The notes beneath the pieces were generated by a model that ran no database searches, was not told the origin of the DNA, and saw nothing but the letters and a program-made list of their open reading frames with translations. A stretch of DNA of 44,182 nucleotides from the NCBI GenBank assembly GCA_003228405.1, contig QIDK01000136.1, positions 1 to 44,182 of the forward strand. Direction: 5' to 3'. Positions 17,368 to 28,498 of this stretch are shown here, in pieces (positions within the stretch are counted from its first letter, which is position 1; each line of letters opens with the position of its first letter). The position numbers and the translations under genes were made by a program. Source of the DNA: Gammaproteobacteria bacterium. Its GTDB lineage: Bacteria > Pseudomonadota > Gammaproteobacteria > SZUA-229.

Positions 17368-17961
17368 TCATAATGGTTTCTTTACTTTATCAGCTGCTTT
17401 CTGGGTTTTATCCAGGCTGTCTTTTGACCCCTTAAAATCAAAGCCATCATCAACCTCTTCGTTAACTTTTTCGTCAAAAATCAGCCTGTTTCCAGACACC
17501 CGAATAACAACCGAATTTCTGAACACATTATTTGCAACAACAGGAATTATCAGTTTATATTTTGCACCTTTAAACTCCAGGAACTCGCCATAAAGTGCAA
17601 CATAACGGGTTTTTTTGTCTAAAACAAAACGCTCTGTACGACTCTCGCCTGGTTTAAAATGTTTTATTTTATGAACTGTAATCATGTCAGCGCCCAGCAC
17701 TTCTTTATCACGTTCATAAATTTCAATGAAGTCCGCTTTCTGCATCATTTTTCTGGCTTTTAATTCATACATTCGAATAAATAACGGCGATGCCTTACCC
17801 AGTTCATCCGGATTGATATCAGCATCTATTATATATTTAATCTGTAAATCAGTATCCAGGCCAAAATAGCCTCCTACTGTACCATTCATTGACTGACAGG
17901 CAGCAAGCCCCACTAAAAGCACTGCAATCACTGTTGCTTTAAAAAGTTGTAATTGTTTCAT
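17368..17961 (-). CDS. tssJ: T6SS outer-membrane lipoprotein TssJ
   Basis: Signal peptide MKQLQLFKATVIAVLLVGLAA-C (lipobox), then DINPD...SPL..RMYEL and PGE. Start moved to ATG 17961. Confidence 0.9.
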   Translation of the reverse strand: MKQLQLFKATVIAVLLVGLAACQSMNGTVGGYFGLDTDLQIKYIIDADINPDELGKASPLFIRMYELKARKMMQKADFIEIYERDKEVLGADMITVHKIKHFKPGESRTERFVLDKKTRYVALYGEFLEFKGAKYKLIIPVVANNVFRNSVVIRVSGNRLIFDEKVNEEVDDGFDFKGSKDSLDKTQKAADKVKKPL

Positions 17962-17971
17962 AAGAGCCCTA

Positions 17972-19591
17972 TTAATTCGTTTTAATATTTTGTGTTTTTC
18001 TTGCAATCACCAGTTTTTGCAACTGGTCTTCATACGCCTGAACAAACTCATCACCAAACAGGTACTGAAAAGAGTTGTCGATATCGCCGACAAGCTCATT
18101 ATAGTATTCGAGATATAATTCCCAGTTTTTAGCTTTTTGGCTGCTGGGAATTATGCCGCCCTTTTTCTGTTTGGCAAACCGCTGTTCCAGCAATATGGGA
18201 TCAAATCTTTCAATAACGCCTTTAAAAGCGGCGCGAATACCGGCCAGTATAGCGACCTGATGCTCGGCTATGCCTTCAAAGCCTTCTTTAACGGCTTCAA
18301 CTGGTTTTTTATACGCATTACCCTGCTTAATAAACATGTTTTCCAGTGCATCATCGACATTGGCCGAAAACTTAAGCGGATTATTCTCTACCGGCTGAAT
18401 GGTGGTCACATTCATTCTGAATTCATTTTTAATCGAGCTGCGTGAACCTAATACCTGCATGAGCCCACTCACCATTTCTCTGACAACTTCGCCCACTATC
18501 ATATTTATCTGCGCAATTTCAGCATCAACTAAATTCTTATTGTTCAGGCCCATTGCTTCAATCAGAGTGGTATCGACACTAACGTCCTTTTTAACACGCC
18601 GTTGCTGTGCGCTAATCTTCTGTTTTAATATGTCGAGCTCTGCCTGAATTCTTTTATTTTCCTGCTGTTGAGCCAGCAGAGCCTCTGAATTTTGCTTATC
18701 AGCCTGTCTGCTAGCAGGCTGGGGTACAGCCTGAGACGGAGCTGGCTGCGCTGCTACCGGCTTAGGTGCTACCGGCTTAGGTGCTACCGGCTTAGGTGCT
18801 ACCGGCTTGGGTGCAACCGGCGGGGGTGTAGGCGCTACCGGTGGGGGTGTGGGTGCTACCGGAGGGGGTGCTGATGGCTGGGCCGGAGCCGACATTAAAT
18901 CATCATCCCAGTCATCGGGTATGCCCCCGCCACCTTGCTCAGGCACTGAATTTGGCCATGAAACCTGCTGATTTAAAGGGTCTGCCTGATCTGAATGGCT
19001 AGGCCCTGCAAACGGGTCGCTTGCTGGGGATGCCTGAAACGGATCGGCTGAGCCCACAAAGCCCTGAGCCCCACCCTGAACTTTATCCAGTGCGGCTAAG
19101 GGATCGGTTTCTTCCGGGCTCGTACTAAACAGGGGGTCTGAGCTGGATACATGCCCACCACCAAATGGACTGGCATCATTATGCCCAAAGTTATCTCCGG
19201 GTAAAGGTGCAGTATAGATATCATCCCCTGAAGTTGTGGCAAACGGGTCGGAATGAGCGCCCTGCATTGCTGAATTAACACTAACTGAAAACTCATAATC
19301 ACCTAATACAAACACATTTCCGTCATTCAGAGGCAATTTGGTGCCCTTACCCATAGGGTTGACGGAACCATTAAAGAAAGTGCCGTTGGTGCTCTGGTCG
19401 GTAAGATAAAACTGACCATTTTCACAACTAACACGGCAATGACAGGCGGATAAATAACGCTCAGGGTCATCTAGTACCCAGGCGTTATTTTTTCCACGGC
19501 CAATTGAGCCGCCCTGTTCATCGAAGGTTTTAGTGGGTTCTGTAATACTCACCGATTCCGGTGCTTTGGTAATGGTAACTTCTATTGGCAT
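17972..19591 (-). CDS. tagH: T6SS FHA-domain protein TagH/Fha
   Basis: N-terminal FHA (IGRG..N.WVL.D, S..H, STNGTF), Pro-rich linker, C-terminal NNPLKFS...HQVA...FGDEF..AYE.Q. Confidence 0.93.
   Translation of the reverse strand: MPIEVTITKAPESVSITEPTKTFDEQGGSIGRGKNNAWVLDDPERYLSACHCRVSCENGQFYLTDQSTNGTFFNGSVNPMGKGTKLPLNDGNVFVLGDYEFSVSVNSAMQGAHSDPFATTSGDDIYTAPLPGDNFGHNDASPFGGGHVSSSDPLFSTSPEETDPLAALDKVQGGAQGFVGSADPFQASPASDPFAGPSHSDQADPLNQQVSWPNSVPEQGGGGIPDDWDDDLMSAPAQPSAPPPVAPTPPPVAPTPPPVAPKPVAPKPVAPKPVAPKPVAAQPAPSQAVPQPASRQADKQNSEALLAQQQENKRIQAELDILKQKISAQQRRVKKDVSVDTTLIEAMGLNNKNLVDAEIAQINMIVGEVVREMVSGLMQVLGSRSSIKNEFRMNVTTIQPVENNPLKFSANVDDALENMFIKQGNAYKKPVEAVKEGFEGIAEHQVAILAGIRAAFKGVIERFDPILLEQRFAKQKKGGIIPSSQKAKNWELYLEYYNELVGDIDNSFQYLFGDEFVQAYEDQLQKLVIARKTQNIKTN
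18752..18870. repeat. In-frame tandem repeats in tagH: four 15-bp units (PKPVA) plus about three 21-bp units (PTPPPVA)
   Basis: TGCTACCGGCTTAGG x3 plus one variant at 18752-18811, followed by degenerate 21-mers at 18812-18870. Confidence 0.9.
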
Positions 19592-19961
19592 CTATAACAT
19601 CGTCCTGACAATCAACTAAGCGGGTTATTATTTCTTCTCTATAAATCGTGATCGGGTAATTTGCAAAGCTCATCAATCAGCTTAGCCGGGTAAATCACAT
19701 TCATTGCAAACCACCAATTGTAGCCTTTCTGGTGTTGAACACCAGCGCAACCCTTAAATAGTACCCATAGATCGTCGATCTTCCAAGTATATGGCGATAT
19801 TTCTTAATAATTTATTTAACTTAGTCCGTTAAATGGTCTCTTAGCTTTACATCAGCAATTCAATACTTTATAACTATACTGCTTAGACGCGCTAGCAAAC
19901 CCTGCATATCAGACTTTGCTAATGCACGGGTGGAAATATAACACGAAGGAATAATTATAAA

Positions 19962-21068
19962 ATGGCGTCAGATCAAATCATACCACTGGATAGTTTGTTA
20001 CAACCGATATCTGAGGATAACCCGGTTGGTGACGATATTCGTGATGACCCTTCCCCTACATCGCTCTACTACTCGATAAAAGACGCGCGCAGCGCTGCTC
20101 GTGCTGCTGAACGCAACAATATGTTCGATAGCAACAACAGTGAGGCCGATGATCAATGGCGCAAAATTATCGATTTAGCGCCTGATATTTTACAGAATAA
20201 CGCCAAAGACCTCGAAGTTGCCAGCTGGTACACAGAAGCATTAATACGCCATTACGGCTTTCAGGGGCTAAGAGATGGCTTCAAGCTCATTCTTGGTCTG
20301 GTAGACCAGTACTGGGATGGCCTCTACCCGTTACCGGATGAAGACGGTGTTGAAACACGTGTAGCATCACTCACCGGCTTAAATGGCGAAGGCGCCGAAG
20401 GCGTTTTAATCGCACCTATCCGCAGTGTATCTATCACTGAAGGTTATGAACCCGGCCCATTCAGCTTCTGGAAATACCAGCAGGCGCTGGAAGTAGAAAA
20501 AATAATCGATGAAGAAGCCAGGGCAGATAAAGCCTCTAAATTAGGCTTTAGCAGTGATGATGTCGACCTTGCCGTGTCTGAATCCAGCGAAGCATTCTAT
20601 GTAAATATTCGTGATGATGTCAGTATATCCATCGATACATATAAACAGATTGGCAGTATGCTAGACGAATATTGCGGCATTAATGACGCCCCCCCTATCA
20701 GCAATATTATTAATATTCTTGAAGACTGTCTGGGTGCAATTAATCATATCGGCAAGTACAAAATGCCGTCAGAAGACGAAGATGACTCTGCGGATGGCGC
20801 AGAAAACGCATCTTCTGGTGCAGCAGGATCATCAGCTCAAAGTTCTGGCCCGGTTAAAAACCGCGACGATGCGTTTAAGAAACTCACCGAAATTTCAGAG
20901 TATTTTCGTAAAACAGAGCCCCATTCGCCAATTTCATATATACTTAAACGAGCCGTAAAATGGGGCGATATGCCATTGGATGACCTGATGAGGGAACTCA
21001 TACCTGATTCTTCTGCAAGAGACTTCTACGGTTCTTTAACAGGTGTTAAATCAGAAGACGATTCATAA
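19962..21068 (+). CDS. tssA: T6SS TssA (ImpA, short form)
   Basis: LLQPISEDNPVGDDIR, KDLEVASW, WDGLYP and C-terminal YFRKTEPHSP..Y...RAVKWG. Confidence 0.95.
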   Translation: MASDQIIPLDSLLQPISEDNPVGDDIRDDPSPTSLYYSIKDARSAARAAERNNMFDSNNSEADDQWRKIIDLAPDILQNNAKDLEVASWYTEALIRHYGFQGLRDGFKLILGLVDQYWDGLYPLPDEDGVETRVASLTGLNGEGAEGVLIAPIRSVSITEGYEPGPFSFWKYQQALEVEKIIDEEARADKASKLGFSSDDVDLAVSESSEAFYVNIRDDVSISIDTYKQIGSMLDEYCGINDAPPISNIINILEDCLGAINHIGKYKMPSEDEDDSADGAENASSGAAGSSAQSSGPVKNRDDAFKKLTEISEYFRKTEPHSPISYILKRAVKWGDMPLDDLMRELIPDSSARDFYGSLTGVKSEDDS

Positions 21069-21098
21069 TAAATTTTTACTTTTAAAGAGGACTAAGCT

Positions 21099-21620
21099 AT
21101 GTCTGAAAGTATTCATGACAAGTTAAAACGTGTAAGAAAGCCCCGTGTTCATATTACCTATGATGTAGAAACAAATGGAGCCGTGCAAAACAAAGAAATC
21201 CCGTTCGTAATGGGAGTAATGGGTGATTATTCCGGTGATAATACCGAAACTAAAAAAGCCCTGAAAGATCGCAAGTTTTCACAGGTTGATCGCGATAACT
21301 TCAATGAGGTCATGAATAATGTCGCCCCCCAGGTGAATATGAAAGTTGAAAACACCCTGGAAGGTGATGGCAGCGAGATGTCGGTTGAGCTTGGCTTTAA
21401 AAACATGGAAGACTTTGAACCACAGAATATTGTAGAAAAAGTTGACCCCCTTAAAAAACTGATGGAAACGCGCAACAAACTACGTGACCTGCTAACCAAG
21501 GCTGATCGCTCTGAAGATCTGGAAAATTTACTGGAAGAAGTTTTGAGCAACTCAGATGCTCTTAGCTCTTTACAGGGTGAGCTAGGCACAGATGACGACA
21601 AAGAAGGTGACAAGAAATGA
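21099..21620 (+). CDS. tssB: T6SS sheath small subunit TssB
   Basis: [26 protein letters not shown] and DRDNFN motifs. Confidence 0.97.
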   Translation: MSESIHDKLKRVRKPRVHITYDVETNGAVQNKEIPFVMGVMGDYSGDNTETKKALKDRKFSQVDRDNFNEVMNNVAPQVNMKVENTLEGDGSEMSVELGFKNMEDFEPQNIVEKVDPLKKLMETRNKLRDLLTKADRSEDLENLLEEVLSNSDALSSLQGELGTDDDKEGDKK

Positions 21621-23107
21621 GCAAAACTGAAAATCAATCGCAGGGCCAGGAAGCAGAAGCACAGGAAGAAGTCAGTTTTCTTGAACAGGCTATTTCTGCA
21701 ACCAAACAAACTTCACGTGATGAAACTGAAGAACTGCTTAAAACCCTAACTAAAGGCGCTATGGATGGCACAGTCAAATGGGATAAAAACCTGACTGTGA
21801 CTATTAATAGTGCCATTGCTGCTATTGATGAAGTTATGTCGATACAGCTATCCGCTATTATGCAAAATGAAAAGTTTCAGAAACTGGAAGGCTCATGGCG
21901 TGGTTTGAACCACCTTGTGATGAATTCTGAAACCAGCACCGATTTAAAAATTCGCGTGCTCAATATAAGCAAAAAAGAATTGACCAAAGATCTTGAAAAA
22001 GCAGTTGAATTTGATCAGAGTCAAATCTTCAAGAAAATTTATGAAAGTGAATTTGGCACCGCCGGTGGTGAACCTTATGCCGCTTTAATCGGTGACTTCG
22101 AATTCTCTGGTCATCCAGATGATTTAGATATGCTGATGAACATGTCGAATGTTGCAGCCGCTGGTTTCTGCCCATTCATCTCGGCGGCCGATCCAAAAAT
22201 GTTTGGTTTTGACAGCTTCACAGAATTATCAAAACCTCGTGATTTAGAAAAAATATTTGATTCAGCAGAATACATTAAATGGCGCAGTTTCCGTGACAGC
22301 GAAGATTCACGCTTTGTTACCTTAACTATGCCTCGTGTTTTAGCCCGCCTGCCTTATGGTAGTGACACCAAACCGGTAGAAGCCTTCAATTTTGAAGAGG
22401 CCACATTAGATTCAGTGGGTCGCCAGTTAGAAAGTGGTCATGATGAATACTGCTGGATGAATGCAGCTTATGCCATGGGTACTACACTCACTAAATCCTA
22501 TGCCGAATATGGCTGGTGCACCAGTATTCGTGGTGCTGAGGGTGGCGGTAAAGTTGAAGGTCTGCCGAGTCATACATTTGTGAGTGATGATGGTGACACC
22601 GACCAGAAATGCCCAACAGAAATTGGCATTACAGACCGCCGCGAAGCAGAGCTAAGCAAGCTTGGCTTCCTGCCATTATGCCATTATAAAAACACTGACT
22701 ACGCGGTATTCTTTGGTGGCCAAACCACCCAGAAACCCAAGAAGTTTGATGACCCGGCTGCAACCGCGAATTCAGAAATTTCAGCACGCCTGCCATACAT
22801 AATGGCAACCTCACGTATTGCTCATTTCCTCAAAGTCATGGCGCGTGACAAAATTGGTTCCTTTATGGAAGCCAGTGATGCAGAAGAATGGCTGAACCGC
22901 TGGATCTCTGGTTACGTAAATGCAAGCCCTGGTGCCAGCGCGGAAATGAAAGCCCGCTTCCCACTTGCAGAAGCCACGATTGAAGTAAAAGAAGTTCCTG
23001 GTCAGCCAGGTGTATACAGTGCAGTTGCCTGGATGCGCCCCTGGTTACAGATGGAAGAACTTAGCGCTTCAATGCGAATGGTTGCCAGCATTCCTAAAGC
23101 AGGTTAA
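21617..23107 (+). CDS. tssC: T6SS sheath large subunit TssC (copy 1)
   Basis: [39 protein letters not shown] and MARDKIGSF motifs. Confidence 0.97.
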   Translation: MSKTENQSQGQEAEAQEEVSFLEQAISATKQTSRDETEELLKTLTKGAMDGTVKWDKNLTVTINSAIAAIDEVMSIQLSAIMQNEKFQKLEGSWRGLNHLVMNSETSTDLKIRVLNISKKELTKDLEKAVEFDQSQIFKKIYESEFGTAGGEPYAALIGDFEFSGHPDDLDMLMNMSNVAAAGFCPFISAADPKMFGFDSFTELSKPRDLEKIFDSAEYIKWRSFRDSEDSRFVTLTMPRVLARLPYGSDTKPVEAFNFEEATLDSVGRQLESGHDEYCWMNAAYAMGTTLTKSYAEYGWCTSIRGAEGGGKVEGLPSHTFVSDDGDTDQKCPTEIGITDRREAELSKLGFLPLCHYKNTDYAVFFGGQTTQKPKKFDDPAATANSEISARLPYIMATSRIAHFLKVMARDKIGSFMEASDAEEWLNRWISGYVNASPGASAEMKARFPLAEATIEVKEVPGQPGVYSAVAWMRPWLQMEELSASMRMVASIPKAG

Positions 23108-23128
23108 TGCGGCGCACTGTTAGTGAAT

Positions 23129-23168
23129 AAAAAGAAACCGTATCTAATGTAGATGCGGTTTCTTTTTT
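23129..23168 (+). terminator. Intrinsic terminator after tssC1 (potentially bidirectional)
   Basis: AAGAAACCGTATCTA-ATG-TAGATGCGGTTTCTT stem with a T-tract after it and an A-tract before it. Confidence 0.8.
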
Positions 23169-23240
23169 ATTTTATCTGTCATCCTGCTATTTAAGCTCCT
23201 TCACAATCACCCAGCCAGATAACAATAACCGAGCAAGTAA

Positions 23241-24737
23241 ATGTCCAGGGATAAACAGACAGACTCAAACTTCAATATAGACAGCCTCTGCTCAAGGCCA
23301 TCCTATATCACCAGTATTCAGCAGTTTTTAGATGAAATAGATGGTTTAAAAGCACTCAGCTACTGGCTCACAGAATTTACTCCTGCCAGAGAATTAAAAA
23401 ACCCGGAAGACATTATTGATGCCTTACACCGCTCAATTGCCGACATAGATCACATGATCAATGATCAGGTTAATGTCATTATTCACCAGCCACAGTTTCA
23501 AAAGCTGGAAGCCTCATGGCGAGGACTATGGTATTTAGCCGTGCAGGCTGATGGTACTAAAAATATAAAAATTAAAGTTCTGGATGTAACCTGGGGAGAA
23601 CTTGCCAGAGACATGTCCCGCTCCCTGGAGTTTGATCAAAGCCAGCTATTTCAAAAAGTCTACAATGAAGAATATGGCACTCCTGGCGGTGAACCTTATG
23701 GCGTTTTAATTGGTGACTATGAAATAAGCCATAAACCATCAAAAACACACAAGCATGATGATATAGCGACACTCAATGGCATTGCCCAGGTAGCGACTGC
23801 TTCATTTTCTCCTTTTATAGCGGCGGCATCTCCCGAACTTTTTGGTCTGGATGATTACTCTACACTCGGCCACCCGGTAAATTTACACAGTATTTTTGCA
23901 CAGAAAGAATATATAAAATGGCGTGCATTCAGAGATAAAACAGACTCACAGTTCGTTGGTTTAACCATGCCACATATTTTAATGCGCCTGCCCTACCGTA
24001 AAACACCGGGCAGCTATAAAGGTATGTTTTTCTGCGAACAATCGTCTACCCGGGGCCGGGAAAACTATTGCTGGGGAAATGCGGCTTATGCATTTGCGGC
24101 CATTATGATTCGTGAATTTGCAAATGTAGGCTGGTTTGGACATATTCGAGGCGTACCCAGAAACCAGATAGGGGGTGGCCTTTTAACCAATCTGCCCTGT
24201 GATGCATTTGATACAGATGCGGAAGACATTGCCATTAAACCCGTAACAGATGTCATTATCACAGATATTAAAGAGCGTGAATTAAGTGAGCTGGGCCTGA
24301 TTCCTCTATGTCAGTGTTATGACACACCCTTTTCTGCGTTTTATGGAAATCAGTCATTACGTAAACCCGCAAGACAGTCTAACCGCGAAGGCGAAGTTAA
24401 TGCACGCCTTTCTGCCATGCTACAGCATGTACTATGTGGCGCAAGAATAGCGCATTACATAAAAGTGATGATTAGAGACAAGGTGGGCTCGTTTACAACC
24501 GCCGAAGAATGTGAAGATTTTTTACGTGACTGGCTGTATAAATACACCACAGGCAGAGAAGATCTGGAATGGGAGGAACAGGCACGTTATCCCTTACGCG
24601 AAGCTGCGGTAAAAGTAAAAGAACACCCTGAAAAACCGGGTAGTTATGCCTGTGTTATTCACTTACGTCCCCATTATCAACTGGATAATATGGTATCAGA
24701 ACTGGAACTGGTGACTGAGCTGGCTCAGCCTGCTTAA
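23241..24737 (+). CDS. tssC: Second, divergent TssC paralog (ImpD-like)
   Basis: FQKLEASWRGL, EEYGTPGGEPYG, IKVMIRDKVGSF and LRPHYQL motifs, with a distinct N-terminus. Confidence 0.92.
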   Translation: MSRDKQTDSNFNIDSLCSRPSYITSIQQFLDEIDGLKALSYWLTEFTPARELKNPEDIIDALHRSIADIDHMINDQVNVIIHQPQFQKLEASWRGLWYLAVQADGTKNIKIKVLDVTWGELARDMSRSLEFDQSQLFQKVYNEEYGTPGGEPYGVLIGDYEISHKPSKTHKHDDIATLNGIAQVATASFSPFIAAASPELFGLDDYSTLGHPVNLHSIFAQKEYIKWRAFRDKTDSQFVGLTMPHILMRLPYRKTPGSYKGMFFCEQSSTRGRENYCWGNAAYAFAAIMIREFANVGWFGHIRGVPRNQIGGGLLTNLPCDAFDTDAEDIAIKPVTDVIITDIKERELSELGLIPLCQCYDTPFSAFYGNQSLRKPARQSNREGEVNARLSAMLQHVLCGARIAHYIKVMIRDKVGSFTTAEECEDFLRDWLYKYTTGREDLEWEEQARYPLREAAVKVKEHPEKPGSYACVIHLRPHYQLDNMVSELELVTELAQPA

Positions 24738-24867
24738 TTTATATAAAGTACTTCGCATAAAGCACTTAACTAATATAAAATTATACTGCTGTCATGCCTG
24801 CTAAGTCAGGAATATTTAGCAAGCGGAGCAGCTGTTATGAAATTACTAATATTTTGACTGGAAATAA

Positions 24868-25365
24868 ATGGCAAGAGTAGACAAAAAAAAGAAACTACGA
24901 CCCTCCATACTGGATCGCTTAATAGATAACGACCCAAATAATAACGTGGAAGTAGATCCAGATCAGCACCAGAAATTAAAAGAGCTACGTAGCAGTGTGC
25001 GTCGTGATCTGGAAAACTTACTCAATACCCGTTTTAGAATGATAGAACCCGACAGTGAATATAAGGAAATTCAGCATTCATTACTAAACTACGGCCTGCC
25101 GGATCTGGCCACTGTTAATATTTCAGACAATGAAAAACGCAAACTATTTATTGAAAGACTGGAACTAATACTCATAGAATTTGAACCCAGGTTCAAATCT
25201 GTAAAAGTAAATTATATGGAAAACTCAGACTCACTAGACCGCACCTTAAGATTTAGAATTGATGCCATACTCTATGCAGACCCTTCGCCTGAAGTTGTAG
25301 TATTCGACTCAATTCTTGAGCCAGTTACGCGCACCGTTAATGTAGAGGAAACCAGTCATGGCTGA
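24868..25365 (+). CDS. tssE: T6SS baseplate subunit TssE (gp25-like)
   Basis: PSILDRL, VRRDLENLLNTR, YGLPD and FEPR motifs. Confidence 0.95.
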   Translation: MARVDKKKKLRPSILDRLIDNDPNNNVEVDPDQHQKLKELRSSVRRDLENLLNTRFRMIEPDSEYKEIQHSLLNYGLPDLATVNISDNEKRKLFIERLELILIEFEPRFKSVKVNYMENSDSLDRTLRFRIDAILYADPSPEVVVFDSILEPVTRTVNVEETSHG

Positions 25366-27193
25366 TGAATTACTCCCCTACTATGAAAAAGAGCTGGCCT
25401 ACATTCGCCAGATGGGTTCAGAGTTCGCCTCAGAGCACCCTAAAATTGCGGGACGCCTGGGCATCAATGCAGAAACCATTGAAGACCCGCATGTATCACG
25501 TTTAATAGAAAGTTTTGCTTATTTAAATGCACGCATTCAGCACAAACTCGACGATGACTTTCCTGAGTTAAGCGATGCTTTATTAGAAGTATTATTCCCC
25601 CACTACCAACGCCCTATACCCTCTATGAGCGTTGTGCAATTTGTAGCAGATGAAGAAAAACTGGAAGCCACCTATAAGCTACCCAAAAACACATTACTTG
25701 AAACAGAACAGTTTGGCGGTGAAACCTGCCGCTTTTCTGCCATTTACGAAACCCAGTTACATCCCTTTAAACTAACCGAAGCGACTTTATTAGGCCGCCC
25801 CTTTACAACACCCGGCTCACAAAACTTAAAAGGCTGTGGTGGTGTATTAAAATTATCACTGCAAACATTTAATGATGAGATTACTTTTTCAGAAATCAGA
25901 CCCGAGCGTATTCGTTTTTATCTGAAGGGACAACCACAACATATAAATCCTTTATATGAACTGTTGCTTAATAATTGCCAGGCCGTGGTTATGGCTACTT
26001 CTGAAACCGATGCCAGCCCTGTTAAATTACCACCCAGTATTATTAAACCTGTCGGTTTTACAGTTGATGAAGGTTTATTACCCTATCCTGATTCATCATT
26101 TATGGGTTATAGATTACTTACAGAATATTTCGCCTTCCCGGAAAAATTCATGTTTATTGAATTAGAAGGCTTTGCAGATAAAATTGCTGACAGCGCAGAA
26201 GGAACACTGGAGTTTTATATTTATCTGGAAAAATCCGATGTTGAGCTCGAACACAATATTTCTGTTGATACATTTCAGACAGGCTGCTGTCCTGCTGTAA
26301 ACCTGTTTGAACATAGAACCGACCCGATAAAACTCGATCATACAACAACAGAATATCAGATCATTCCAGATGCAAGGCGGCCAATAGGTTATGAGGTTTA
26401 TGCTGTAAATAAAGTAACTGCATCAACACCTGCCGGAGACAAAGAAGAGTACCTGCCTCTTTATGGCACCAACCACGAGAATCAGGATACTGAAAATCAC
26501 GCTTACTGGTTTGCGCAGCGGCGTGCTGCAAAAATGGGTACTTATTTACGTGATGAAGGTAGCGATGTTTTTCTGAGCCTGGTCGATTTATATTTCAACC
26601 CGAATAACCCTGATGATCGCACCTTATCAATCACCTCAACCTGTAGCAACAGAGACCAGCCCTCCAAGCTGCCATTCTCATCAAATCAACCAAAGTTACA
26701 GTGTGTAGATAGTGCGCCGCCCTGTGAGCTAATACGCTGTGTTACGCAACCCAGCACCACGGTAAGACCCTCTATGAGAAACAACGCCCGTTGGCGTTTA
26801 ATTTCTCATTTAAGCCTGAACCACTTATCTATAACCGGTAGAGATGATGCAACCAGTGCATTAAAAGAAATATTACGTTTATATGATTTTAAGGAGTCAT
26901 CAATAAATCGTGCACAGATTGAATCTATTACCCAGGTTAACACCCGATCAATTAGTGCGCCATTAACCATTGATGGCCGAGCCACATTATGCAGAGGCAT
27001 AGAAATAGAAATAGAGTTAGATGATTCACAACTAACCGGCAGTAGTAGTTATCTGTTTGCCACAATACTAGAACATTTCTTTGCACTCTATTGTTCATTA
27101 AATTCATTTACTCGTGTTTTAGTTAAATTAAAAAGTAAAGAAGGTTACCTTAAAAAATGTCCACCAAGGGCTGGCGAAAAAATACTTCTATAA
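25358..27193 (+). CDS. tssF: T6SS baseplate subunit TssF
   Basis: YYEKEL.YIR..G.EFA..HPKIAGRL, DPHVSRLIESFA, EYFAFPEKF, WRLISHLSLN and NSFTR motifs. Confidence 0.96.
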   Translation: MADELLPYYEKELAYIRQMGSEFASEHPKIAGRLGINAETIEDPHVSRLIESFAYLNARIQHKLDDDFPELSDALLEVLFPHYQRPIPSMSVVQFVADEEKLEATYKLPKNTLLETEQFGGETCRFSAIYETQLHPFKLTEATLLGRPFTTPGSQNLKGCGGVLKLSLQTFNDEITFSEIRPERIRFYLKGQPQHINPLYELLLNNCQAVVMATSETDASPVKLPPSIIKPVGFTVDEGLLPYPDSSFMGYRLLTEYFAFPEKFMFIELEGFADKIADSAEGTLEFYIYLEKSDVELEHNISVDTFQTGCCPAVNLFEHRTDPIKLDHTTTEYQIIPDARRPIGYEVYAVNKVTASTPAGDKEEYLPLYGTNHENQDTENHAYWFAQRRAAKMGTYLRDEGSDVFLSLVDLYFNPNNPDDRTLSITSTCSNRDQPSKLPFSSNQPKLQCVDSAPPCELIRCVTQPSTTVRPSMRNNARWRLISHLSLNHLSITGRDDATSALKEILRLYDFKESSINRAQIESITQVNTRSISAPLTIDGRATLCRGIEIEIELDDSQLTGSSSYLFATILEHFFALYCSLNSFTRVLVKLKSKEGYLKKCPPRAGEKILL

Positions 27194-28272
27194 CACGTAA
27201 GGTGACAGAAGCACCTTACGAATTTCAGTTTCTACAGGCGGTACGTCTGTTGGAACGTTCAACCCTGTTCGAAAAAGAAAGTTCAAAATCAAATATCGCC
27301 AGCAATCCGGTCGCCTGCTTTACACCCCCAACTAGCGAATCTTTACGTTTTAAAACGAATCAGTCTTTAGCTTTTCCATCATCTGAAATAGACAGCATTC
27401 AACGCATAGATAAAAATGCAGGCTCTTCGCAATGGCAGATGGTGGTAAACATAATGGGTTTAACCGGCGCAATGGGTGTTTTACCCTTTCATTATACTGA
27501 ACTGATACTCAAGCGGCAAAAACAAAAAGATGAAACCATGGACCATTTCTTTGATTTATTTAATCATAGAACCCTGTCCCTGTTTTTTCAGGCATCGGTT
27601 AAATATAACCTGCCGCTTCACTATGAACGAAATAAGTTACATAATTCACAGAAAAACCAGCATGAACCCCAGACCAGAGCCCTGTTATCATTAATAGGCA
27701 TGGGAACAGCTGGCTTAGCTAACCGCCTCTACACCAGTGATGAATCGCTGATATATTATAGCGGCCTGTTAAGCCAGAAAGTGAGAACATCTACAGGCTT
27801 AAAACAAATGCTCCGTTCACACTTTAATATTCCGGTGGAAATTGATCAGTTCATAGGCCAGTGGCAGGATTTAATTGATGATGTGCGCACAAAATTACCC
27901 GAATTCAATAATCCCACTGGCAGAAATATCTGTTTAGGCCGCTCTGCCATGCTTGGAAAAAAAGGCTGGTTTGCTCAGGGTAGAATACACATTATTCTCG
28001 GCCCATTAAACAAACAGCAACTACAGACATTTGCACCTGGCACCCATGCTTTAAAAGCACTAAATGAACTGGTAAGAATGTATGTGGGTATGGAAAATGA
28101 CTACGAATTTATTATACGTATTAAAAGAAGTGATATCCCTGAAAAAATACAGCTAGGTAAAAAAGAACCCGCTATTATGGGCTGGAACACCTGGTTATCT
28201 AATAAACCTGCCGACTTTGAAGATAAAAACAGGACTATAGATATTTCTGTTTCGGCGAGTAGACTGGGGTAA
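27157..28272 (+). CDS. tssG: T6SS baseplate subunit TssG
   Basis: FLQAVRLLE, SLAFP, GLTG..GVLP.HYTE, FFDLFNHR and GWNTWL motifs; overlaps the end of tssF. Confidence 0.95.
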   Translation: MSTKGWRKNTSITRKVTEAPYEFQFLQAVRLLERSTLFEKESSKSNIASNPVACFTPPTSESLRFKTNQSLAFPSSEIDSIQRIDKNAGSSQWQMVVNIMGLTGAMGVLPFHYTELILKRQKQKDETMDHFFDLFNHRTLSLFFQASVKYNLPLHYERNKLHNSQKNQHEPQTRALLSLIGMGTAGLANRLYTSDESLIYYSGLLSQKVRTSTGLKQMLRSHFNIPVEIDQFIGQWQDLIDDVRTKLPEFNNPTGRNICLGRSAMLGKKGWFAQGRIHIILGPLNKQQLQTFAPGTHALKALNELVRMYVGMENDYEFIIRIKRSDIPEKIQLGKKEPAIMGWNTWLSNKPADFEDKNRTIDISVSASRLG

Positions 28273-28310
28273 ATACACAGCGTGTTTTGTAACACAGGGA
28301 AAATTAATCA

Positions 28311-28498
28311 GAGGTTCCCTGGCCCTAAAAGGGTACATAAAAGCTAACAAACACGTCGTCATTCCTGCGTGCTTTTAGCGGGAATCCAGTGACTTCGAAC
28401 AACGCAAAGACACAGGACCCCCGACAAAAACGTTCTGGGATGACAGACATTTTCAGGCAATAGCCTAAAACCTGTTGCAAGCCCAAAGGATGTGGTTA
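28311..28498. repeat. Dispersed palindromic REP/MITE-like element, copy 2 (core 28358-28444)
   Basis: Homologous to 1788-1978 and in the same orientation; lies between tssG and clpV. Confidence 0.85.

Noticed and set aside
18752-18870. Short regular repeats as a possible CRISPR array
   Set aside because: No spacers, in-frame within tagH, and no cas genes. No CRISPR array was seen anywhere in the window.
19592-19961. Sigma-54 promoter in the fha/tssA divergent region
   Set aside because: None of the TTGC sites on either strand has GG at the required distance.
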